This document shows, piece by piece, positions 1 through 6,349 of a stretch of 35,835 nucleotides of DNA (the stretch's first letter is position 1; each line of letters begins with the position of its first letter). This DNA comes from a virus (Duplodnaviria; Caudoviricetes), in IMG/VR virus record IMGVR_UViG_3300046779_000237, positions 1 through 35,835 of that record; one strand, given 5' to 3'. Both the position numbers and the translations under genes were made by a program. The notes below the pieces were generated by a model. The model saw nothing but the letters and a program-made list of their open reading frames with translations. It had not been told where the DNA came from and ran no database searches.

Positions 1-11
1 GGATCGCCGAT
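1..11. repeat. Terminal direct repeat (assembly overlap), copy 1
   Basis: ggatcgccgat at 1-11 is identical to 35825-35835; an ORF reads through the join. Confidence 0.85.
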
Positions 12-77
12 TCCGTAAAAGCCTTGTGGGGAGACAAAATACACCGCCGAGTCCGTAGCAACTCTACGGGGGAATGA
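12..77 (+). CDS. 3' end of the hypothetical protein starting at 35614 (wraps the circular junction)
   Basis: After removing the 11-nt overlap, the frame continues SVKALWGDKIHRRVRSNSTGE to TGA at 75-77. Confidence 0.7.
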   Translation, partial: SVKALWGDKIHRRVRSNSTGE

Positions 78-80
78 ACA

Positions 81-188
81 ATGCGTAAGTTCTGGGAAGA
101 CATGAAAAACGACCCTGATCCTATCTGGATGCAGGTTCTGGGTTACATCGCCATGATCTGCTTGTTTGTAGGGATGGTGATGCTATGA
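81..188 (+). CDS. Small membrane protein (35 aa)
   Basis: MRKFWEDMKNDPDPIWMQVLGYIAMICLFVGMVML; hydrophobic C-terminus; ATGA overlap with next ORF. Confidence 0.6.
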   Translation: MRKFWEDMKNDPDPIWMQVLGYIAMICLFVGMVML

Positions 189-271
189 AGTTCTGGCGTT
201 TTTATAAGTGGTATAGAAGTGAAGGCAAGTCAATTTTTCTATCAATCAAACTAGCAATGGAGAAGTTATGA
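185..271 (+). CDS. Small hypothetical protein (28 aa)
   Basis: MKFWRFYKWYRSEGKSIFLSIKLAMEKL; ATGA overlaps at both ends. Confidence 0.55.
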   Translation: MKFWRFYKWYRSEGKSIFLSIKLAMEKL

Positions 272-771
272 ATACAGGTATCGTCAACATTCGGGGCAAG
301 GAGTACATGACCGTTGCCCTGCGAGTCCAACAGTTCCGTGATAAGCATCCTATGTGGGCCATTGAGACCCATGTAGAAGACCGCACCGAGGAGTATGTGG
401 TCATGCGCTGCGAAATCTCTAATGAGGAGGGCCGCATCCTGGCTACCGGCCACGCAGAGGAGTTCCGCAAGTCCTCTCAGATTAACTCTACATCTGCCCT
501 CGAAAATGCGGAGACGAGCTGCATCGGGAGAGCGTTAGCGTCACTTGGCTTTGGCGGGTCGGAATTCGCATCCGCCAACGAAGTCCAGAACGCCGTGGCC
601 CAGCAGAAACCCCGTGGAAACATTGACAAGGCTCTGGAGGCTATCTCTAAGGCTGAGTCCATGCCTATCCTCAAGACTGTATATGAGGCCGCTACACGGG
701 CGTTTAAAGACCCAGAGGATCTGGTCAAGATCACCGAGGCCAAGGACAAGCGCAAAGCGGAGTTGGCGTGA
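268..771 (+). CDS. Rad52/Sak-like single-strand annealing protein
   Basis: GKEYMTVALRV...ATGHAEE...INSTSALENAETSCIGRALASLG...ASANEV pattern of phage Rad52-like annealing proteins. Confidence 0.7.
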   Translation: MNTGIVNIRGKEYMTVALRVQQFRDKHPMWAIETHVEDRTEEYVVMRCEISNEEGRILATGHAEEFRKSSQINSTSALENAETSCIGRALASLGFGGSEFASANEVQNAVAQQKPRGNIDKALEAISKAESMPILKTVYEAATRAFKDPEDLVKITEAKDKRKAELA

Positions 772-1133
772 GACTAGAGTTCGACGGGGAGTTCCCCCGT
801 TGCTTTAACTCACGGGAGGAGTTTAAGGCTTGGGTTCAAGCGGCCAGAGGCTCCTCCCCCAGGGCTGGGTTCTGCACCGACTGTACGAAAGAGTACCAAG
901 CTCGGATGGTTAAAGAGAGCCGGTGTCAGTACCCAGAGGTAGAGTTCTACGACTTTGAGATGGATAAAGATGGTTACTTTCCAAACAGATACTTTCACAT
1001 TAAAAGACTTCATGGAGAGAAAGGGCTTGACGAGGAACAACGCCCAGAAAGCCTTGAAGCAGATGGTTATGGACAACAGGCTCTCCGTTGGGCGCAAGAA
1101 GGGGACGAGGAACGGGAAGACAGCCGGTTTTGA
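768..1133 (+). CDS. Hypothetical Cys-containing protein
   Basis: GTGA coupling to upstream gene; PRCF...FCTDCT...RCQYP motif; 3' end overlaps next ORF. Confidence 0.55.
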   Translation: MRLEFDGEFPRCFNSREEFKAWVQAARGSSPRAGFCTDCTKEYQARMVKESRCQYPEVEFYDFEMDKDGYFPNRYFHIKRLHGEKGLDEEQRPESLEADGYGQQALRWAQEGDEEREDSRF

Positions 1134-1200
1134 AGAGAATGTCTATGCATGGAATTTCAATGAGTTTTACAACAATCCATTCAACAAGGGGAAGAAATGA
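970..1200 (+). CDS. Small basic, possibly winged-HTH protein
   Basis: FTLKDFMERKGLTRNNAQKALKQMV is HTH-like; ATGA overlap with 1197; start uncertain (955 or 970). Confidence 0.55.
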   Translation: MVTFQTDTFTLKDFMERKGLTRNNAQKALKQMVMDNRLSVGRKKGTRNGKTAGFEENVYAWNFNEFYNNPFNKGKK

Positions 1201-1717
1201 GAAACGAAGAGATTTTTAACTTAGCGGAGACCCACGGCTGGCTGGATGATTTTGGCCGCTGGAATTTTAAGGACGAAGGGCTCATTGGCTTTGTGCTTGA
1301 GTTGCTAAGTCTTGAGACTAAGCCAGAAACCTCAACAGTAAGCGGGAAGCAAGAGCCTGTGGCGTGGAGAGAGGTGGCTGGTAAGACTACGCACTACTAC
1401 GACTACAACGAGCAGGGGCGGGGCGAGCCTTTGTATGCCGCACCTGTACACGCCAGCGACATATCGCAAGAACGTGTCGATGAAACGGCAAAACGTAAAC
1501 ATAAGTGGGTTGAAATGCAATGCCCCTGCGGTCACAAAATGTACGTGAAATACAATGCCCCTGCGGTCACAAAATGTACGTGAAATACACTGGGCGTGAA
1601 TGGGTTGGGCTGACGGATGAGGAAATCGCAAGTCTTGTTGAGGACGAAGATTGGTACAACTACCCAGAAGACTTTGTTTGTACTGTACAGGCGAAACTAA
1701 AGGAGAAGAACACATGA
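1197..1717 (+). pseudogene. Modular QEPVAW/REWVGLTDE-type gene frameshifted by a 35-bp duplication
   Basis: ORFs 1197..1583 and 1520..1717 fuse into one frame if one repeat copy is removed. Confidence 0.7.
1518..1587. repeat. Perfect 35-bp tandem duplication
   Basis: caatgcccctgcggtcacaaaatgtacgtgaaata at 1518-1552 and 1553-1587. Confidence 0.95.
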
Positions 1718-2009
1718 TTGGAGAAAAACAAGTGTACGGAATCCGTGGAGGCTTGGCGCACGATGCTGGGTCTGGGTCTTTTGTTTCATGGGACAACACA
1801 AAGTGCAACCCATTAGCACCAGCCAGAGAACAGGCACGAAGCGCATGGGAAGACGGGTATGCCAGCGCAAAGCGTGAATGGGTTGGGCTGACGGATGATG
1901 AGATTTACGACTACGCCGATAAGTTTCTTTATCAGCACGGTAGTAACTATGGAATCAAGTCTTTCGGAAAAGCCATCGAAGCCAAATTAAAGGAGAAGAA
2001 CACATGATT
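1594..2009 (+). repeat. Two pairs of dispersed direct repeats (27 bp and 22 bp)
   Basis: gcgtgaatgggttgggctgacggatga at 1594-1620 and 1872-1898; taaaggagaagaacacatgatt at 1698-1719 and 1988-2009. Confidence 0.9.
1714..2007 (+). CDS. Modular REWVGLTDDE...EAKLKEKNT protein
   Basis: SD aaggag and ATG at 1714 overlapping the upstream TGA; same C-terminal module as the previous gene. Confidence 0.75.
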   Translation: MIGEKQVYGIRGGLAHDAGSGSFVSWDNTKCNPLAPAREQARSAWEDGYASAKREWVGLTDDEIYDYADKFLYQHGSNYGIKSFGKAIEAKLKEKNT

Positions 2010-2123
2010 TCCTTTATTGCCGCATACTTATTGTGGGCTAATGACGCTGGGTGGCTATGGTGGTGTCTTTGGCTTATCCTTGCCGCCTCTAACCTTTTAT
2101 ACACTATCGCAACCGCAAAATGA
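2004..2123 (+). CDS. Small Trp-rich membrane protein (39 aa)
   Basis: MISFIAAYLLWANDAGWLWWCLWLILAASNLLYTIATAK; SD aaggag; ATGA coupling on both sides. Confidence 0.65.
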   Translation: MISFIAAYLLWANDAGWLWWCLWLILAASNLLYTIATAK

Positions 2124-2311
2124 CTGATCCCGCCATCTACCTAATTAACATCAAACACGCCACCAAAGAACTAAACGAGTTCTTGGCTAACGCCCACACG
2201 CCTGACAACGTAAGGCTGGCCGAGATCCTAGTTCTGGCTAAAGAAATCGAGGAAGACGCAAGAAACCTCAAAGCCTGGGCAATAGACCTAAACCTGAAAG
2301 GAAGCGAATGA
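2120..2311 (+). CDS. Hypothetical protein
   Basis: 63-aa helical ORF with ATGA coupling on both sides. Confidence 0.7.
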   Translation: MTDPAIYLINIKHATKELNEFLANAHTPDNVRLAEILVLAKEIEEDARNLKAWAIDLNLKGSE

Positions 2312-2526
2312 GCTGCTCAACTGTATTCGGATGTCTGTCCGACAAACCAATCTCCTCACGGGAAATCGAGGAGATGACCAACATGAAGCGGGCGTACATC
2401 TCGTCCTGCCTGGTAAGGTTCGTTAAGCAAGGGAAAGTAACAAAGACTCAGGTCGACGCTACCAACTCTTTAGGGCCGAGGAAGGTTTATGTATATACAT
2501 TGTGTACACCATTGCAGGATAAGTAA
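2308..2526 (+). CDS. Winged-HTH-like DNA-binding protein
   Basis: PISSREIEEMTNMKRAYISSCLVRFVKQGKV...VYVY pattern. Confidence 0.6.
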   Translation: MSCSTVFGCLSDKPISSREIEEMTNMKRAYISSCLVRFVKQGKVTKTQVDATNSLGPRKVYVYTLCTPLQDK

Positions 2527-2540
2527 AAAGGTGATATAAA
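2512..2540 (+). promoter_or_regulatory. Putative sigma70 late promoter
   Basis: TTGCAG (2512-2517), 17-nt spacer, TATAAA (2535-2540) with extended -10 TG; upstream of the morphogenesis genes. Confidence 0.55.
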
Positions 2541-2587
2541 GGGGGTGGGACATTGCGCCCACTTCTCCTTGCCCTCACAGGGGCTTT

Positions 2588-2622
2588 GAGGGCTGGCTCA
2601 CAAGGCTGGCCCTCTCCTTTTC
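2588..2622 (+). terminator. Putative leader terminator/attenuator
   Basis: gagggctggc/gctggccctc stem (two G-U pairs) followed by tcctttt. Confidence 0.4.
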
Positions 2623-2633
2623 TAAGGATGCAA

Positions 2634-2951
2634 ATGAAAGGCCCAACGATTCTAATTGGCTTGCTAGGCAAAGATTCCGAGATGGTTAAAGGGGAAGGAC
2701 TCCTAGAGAGCGAATGTCCCCTGGCGACTCAAGACGAGACCATTAACAAGGGAAACAAGCAGAAGGCTATCCTGATGGCAAAGTACGGCCCAGCAGAGTC
2801 TAAAGAGACCTGCGGGAACTGCGAATACGGCAAGAAACTGGAAAACTGCGGCCTGAAGAAGGGCGAGATTTTCTGCGAACAATTTGAGTTCAAGTGTTCC
2901 GACAAGAACGTCTGTGACGCTTGGGAGCCGATGGAAGAGGAAGAAGATTGA
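2634..2951 (+). CDS. Cys-rich putative metal/Fe-S-binding protein (HiPIP-like spacing)
   Basis: aagga upstream; CGNCEY...C...FCEQFEFKC...VCDAW; acidic tail. Confidence 0.6.
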   Translation: MKGPTILIGLLGKDSEMVKGEGLLESECPLATQDETINKGNKQKAILMAKYGPAESKETCGNCEYGKKLENCGLKKGEIFCEQFEFKCSDKNVCDAWEPMEEEED

Positions 2952-3139
2952 CTTACTTCCTGCCAGTCCTCCTAATGTGTCTGGCAGACGGGTGCAAGTT
3001 CTATGCAGGCCCACCACAGGCAAGTGAAGCAAAATGCCAAGAACGACTAGAGTGGATAAAGCCTAAGTTAGAGAATAGCGAAGTAGTAAAGGCTTACCAG
3101 ATGAGTTGTATACAAATTCAACTTGGGAGGAACATCTGA
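2948..3139 (+). CDS. Small hypothetical protein with hydrophobic N-terminus and 4 Cys
   Basis: TTG start overlapping upstream TGA; FLPVLLMCLADGC...C...C. Confidence 0.55.
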   Translation: MTYFLPVLLMCLADGCKFYAGPPQASEAKCQERLEWIKPKLENSEVVKAYQMSCIQIQLGRNI

Positions 3140-3188
3140 ATCGTGAGGTTCGGTTGTTGCACACACCCTCCCACCCCAAGGAGTAACC

Positions 3189-3341
3189 ATGTTCGCAAGT
3201 AAAGCCCAGGCTCGTTTTATGTACGCAGCCGCTAAAGACCCAAAGATGGCCAAGAAGCTCGGAGTACCCCAGAAAGTGGCCAAGGAGTATGTCAAAGAAG
3301 GCCAGAAGTCTATGAAGAAACTGCCGGAGAAAAAGAAATGA
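3189..3341 (+). CDS. Small Lys-rich protein (50 aa)
   Basis: SD aaggag; MFASKAQARFMYAAAKDPKMAKKLGVPQKVAKEY... Confidence 0.75.
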   Translation: MFASKAQARFMYAAAKDPKMAKKLGVPQKVAKEYVKEGQKSMKKLPEKKK

Positions 3342-3493
3342 AAGCCATCTGGGACAAGAAACGGCCTAAAAGTCTGGGCAAACCTGACGCTCTGTCGCCT
3401 AAAGAAAAGAAGTCTGCAAAGGCTATGGCCAAGTCTGCTGGACGGCCCTACCCGAACCTTGTAGACAACATGAGAGCTGCAAAGAAGAAATGA
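3338..3493 (+). CDS. Small Lys-rich protein (51 aa)
   Basis: MKAIWDKKRPK...AGRPYPNLVDNMRAAKKK; ATGA coupling on both sides. Confidence 0.75.
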   Translation: MKAIWDKKRPKSLGKPDALSPKEKKSAKAMAKSAGRPYPNLVDNMRAAKKK

Positions 3494-3780
3494 AGATCCG
3501 AGAGGCCGCTAAGATCCTTGAACGCATAGGTGTCGAGGGCTACAACAAACCCAAGCGGACTCCCAGCCATCCTACTAAGTCTCATGTAGTAGTCGCTAAA
3601 GAAGGCGACAAGGTAAAAACTATCAGATTCGGGCAACAAGGCGTTTCTGGCTCCCCTGCTAAGAAGGGTGAGTCCGAGGCAAACAAAGCCCGTAGGAAAT
3701 CATTTAAAGCCCGCCACGCCCAGAACATCGCCAAGGGAAAGATGTCTGCGGCGTACTGGGCCGACAAAACGAAATGGTGA
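3490..3780 (+). CDS. Basic phage protein
   Basis: KTIRFGQQG...ARRKSFKARH...SAAYWADKTKW, a pattern I recall from aquatic phage proteins. Confidence 0.8.
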   Translation: MKIREAAKILERIGVEGYNKPKRTPSHPTKSHVVVAKEGDKVKTIRFGQQGVSGSPAKKGESEANKARRKSFKARHAQNIAKGKMSAAYWADKTKW

Positions 3781-3783
3781 TAA

Positions 3784-4716
3784 ATGGCTGACTTAAGAGC
3801 GCCAGATCAAAACAGGCTACTTGGTGTCCTAGCTGACCTACTAAGAGGTAGGGAGCAGACACAAGCCCAGATTGGGTCTACGGGCATGGGTGCGCTCATG
3901 GATCTCATTCTGCCAAGCTCACGGACCGTAGAGAAGTTGTCTTATGGCGACCCTCTTTTCCGTATGCCAACACAGTCCAACATCCCGATTACTGCCGACA
4001 AAGAATACTTGGCCGAGACTCTAGCCTCGATTCCTGTCGCTGGTGGAGCAACCACAAAACTCTCCAATAAAGCCGCAGACGAACTTGTAAGGCTCATAAC
4101 CCGCAACCCAGAGGCAACGGCTCCTGCTGCGCTAGAGGCTGCTGGTCAGATGGCTCCGCTTTCTAGGATATTTAGTCCACAACAAGTAAAACCATTTATC
4201 CCAGAAACAAAGGCTCTTGATGATTCTGGTAACCCAATCATGGTTTATCACGGAACAACTCAGGCTAAAAATTTAGAAAAAGAAGGAAAATTTGGCTCTT
4301 GGAGGTCTGCTTGGTTTACGGATAACCCAGATGTTGCCGGGACTTACGCAAAAGGGCGTTCTGAATTTGGGTCTCCTAAAGGGCGTGCTATTTTTCCATC
4401 TTATTTAGATATGAAAAATCCTTTTGTGGTCGACGCACGGGGAAATTCATGGAAATCAGTCCCTGCGGTACTTCCTAACGAAGGAGGCGATGAACTTTAT
4501 TACAGTACTGACAAGTTGGCTAAATTTGCCAGAAACAATGGTTACGACGGACTTATTGTCAAAAATGTGTTTGATCCAGGAAGCGGAAGGATGCCAACTG
4601 CCGCTGAAGGCGATCTTAAACTGACCGGTACAACTTATGTTGTTTTTGACCCAGAAAAACAAGTCAAGTCTGCCGTTAGTGACCAAGAATTTTTGCAAAG
4701 TCTACTAGCACCTTAA
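3784..4716 (+). CDS. Protein with C-terminal ADP-ribosyltransferase-like (ART-PolyVal-type) domain
   Basis: VYHGT, WFTDNPDVAGTYA, IFPSYLDMKNP, GYDGLIV and YVVFDP..QVKSA motifs. Confidence 0.7.
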   Translation: MADLRAPDQNRLLGVLADLLRGREQTQAQIGSTGMGALMDLILPSSRTVEKLSYGDPLFRMPTQSNIPITADKEYLAETLASIPVAGGATTKLSNKAADELVRLITRNPEATAPAALEAAGQMAPLSRIFSPQQVKPFIPETKALDDSGNPIMVYHGTTQAKNLEKEGKFGSWRSAWFTDNPDVAGTYAKGRSEFGSPKGRAIFPSYLDMKNPFVVDARGNSWKSVPAVLPNEGGDELYYSTDKLAKFARNNGYDGLIVKNVFDPGSGRMPTAAEGDLKLTGTTYVVFDPEKQVKSAVSDQEFLQSLLAP

Positions 4717-4766
4717 ACTACTGTATAATTATTCAGTACTACCGAACAACCAATAGGATTCGGACA

Positions 4767-5093
4767 ATGGAAACCAACAAAATACAGGAAAATATTGCCG
4801 CCGGACTTCCTCCCGCTGCTGGGATGGGTAGACCTAAAGGCGTTCCTAACAAGTCAACTGCTATCGTAAGAGAGGCTATTGCAAACCTGCTAGAGCGCAA
4901 CTCTGAGCAGATGGATGGCTGGCTTCAGCGGGTTGCCGAGGGTGATCCTGTAAACGGGATTAAACCAGCACCAGACAAGGCTCTGGACATCATGCAGAAG
5001 CTCTGCGAGTACCACATCCCTAAACTGGCTAGAACTGAAGTAACTGGCAAAGACGAAGGCCCAGTACAGATTGCAGTCGGATGGCAGAAGTAA
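4767..5093 (+). CDS. terS: Terminase small subunit
   Basis: GRPKGVPNKST motif; EVTGKDEGPVQI-type C-terminus; directly upstream of TerL. Confidence 0.7.
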   Translation: METNKIQENIAAGLPPAAGMGRPKGVPNKSTAIVREAIANLLERNSEQMDGWLQRVAEGDPVNGIKPAPDKALDIMQKLCEYHIPKLARTEVTGKDEGPVQIAVGWQK

Positions 5094-6349
5094 AGCAAGT
5101 CACTATTCCGTACAGACCTCGTGAACAACAACTTATCTTGCATGAGAAGGTTGATGCTCACAGATTCAGCGTTGCGGTCTGCCATCGAAGATTCGGCAAG
5201 ACTGTTGCAGCCATCAACCAGCTTATTAAGGCTGCGATGGAGTGCGACAAGGAGTCCCCAAGGCTGGCTTACATCGCCCCAACCTACACCCAGGCCAAGC
5301 GAGTAGCGTGGGACTACTTACTAAAGTACACAGCACCACTAGAAGCAAGACCGAACATCACGGAGTTGCGGGTAGATTTCTGGGACAGAAGGATCTCGCT
5401 CTACGGAGCCGATAACCCAGATAGTTTGCGTGGAATTTACTTGGACTTCGTTGTGATGGACGAGGTCGGAGACATGAACCCGAAGATTTGGAATGAGATC
5501 ATCCGACCTGCGCTGGCTGACAGACAAGGTAAAGCTCTCTTTATCGGAACGCCTAAAGGTGCGAACCATTTTAAAGACCTTAGGGACAGGGCGGAGATTG
5601 AAGAGGGCTGGACGCTGCTGGAGTTCAAAGCATCGCAGACTGGGATCGTGGCTGAAGAAGAACTTAAAGCGGCCAAGAAAGAGATGGGCGACGACAAGTA
5701 TGCCCAAGAGTTTGAGTGTAGCTTCCATGCAGCGGTCGAAGGTTCGTACTACGGGCAGATCCTCAACAAGGTTGAAGAAGACGGCCAAGTATGCGAGATA
5801 CAGAGAGATGATCTCTGCAAGACATTTACGGCGTGGGATCTGGGAATGGGAGACTCCACGGCGATATGGGTGGCGCAGGTTGTGGGACAGGAAATCCGGC
5901 TCATGGATTACATTGAGAACCACGGGCAAGGCTTGGACTGGTATGTTCGGGAACTCACGAATAGGGACTGGCATAAAGCCTCGCATCTCCTTCCTCACGA
6001 TGTTGAAGTACGGGAGCTTGGTACGGGGAAGTCCAGACTTGAGGTTCTACGGAGTGCCGGTCTTGACTGTACGGTTCTACCTCGCTTGTCCGTGGATGAC
6101 GGCATCCAGGCGGCGAGACGCATACTACCGAGATGCTGGTTCAACGTACCTGCGGTGAAACAAGGCTTAGACTGTCTGAGGAACTACAGGCGAGAATATG
6201 ACGAGAAGCGAAGCGTATTTTATGACCGGCCTCTGCATGATTGGTCTTCTCATGGCTCAGACGCTTTTCGCTACTTGGCTGTTGGCATCGACACGACTGA
6301 CTCTGGCTGGAACAAGCCTCTACCAATTAAAACCAACTGGATTGTATAA
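5081..6349 (+). CDS. terL: Terminase large subunit
   Basis: Walker A-like HRRFGKT, Walker B VVMDE, FIGTPKG coupling motif, nuclease WDLG and HGSDAFRY. Confidence 0.95.
   Translation: MAEVKQVTIPYRPREQQLILHEKVDAHRFSVAVCHRRFGKTVAAINQLIKAAMECDKESPRLAYIAPTYTQAKRVAWDYLLKYTAPLEARPNITELRVDFWDRRISLYGADNPDSLRGIYLDFVVMDEVGDMNPKIWNEIIRPALADRQGKALFIGTPKGANHFKDLRDRAEIEEGWTLLEFKASQTGIVAEEELKAAKKEMGDDKYAQEFECSFHAAVEGSYYGQILNKVEEDGQVCEIQRDDLCKTFTAWDLGMGDSTAIWVAQVVGQEIRLMDYIENHGQGLDWYVRELTNRDWHKASHLLPHDVEVRELGTGKSRLEVLRSAGLDCTVLPRLSVDDGIQAARRILPRCWFNVPAVKQGLDCLRNYRREYDEKRSVFYDRPLHDWSSHGSDAFRYLAVGIDTTDSGWNKPLPIKTNWIV

Noticed and set aside
1-11. Terminal repeat as physical genome ends or an att site
   Set aside because: It lies mid-ORF and no integrase is present; more likely an assembly overlap of a circularly permuted genome
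1518-1620. 35-bp repeats as a CRISPR mini-array
   Set aside because: Copies are directly adjacent with no spacer; no cas genes present
4700-4735. TATAAT upstream of terS as an internal promoter
   Set aside because: Perfect -10 at 4724-4729 but no convincing -35 or properly spaced extended -10
5339-6158. 219- and 221-aa alternative ORFs within terL
   Set aside because: No motifs, and TerL is complete in its own frame, unlike the MTase case
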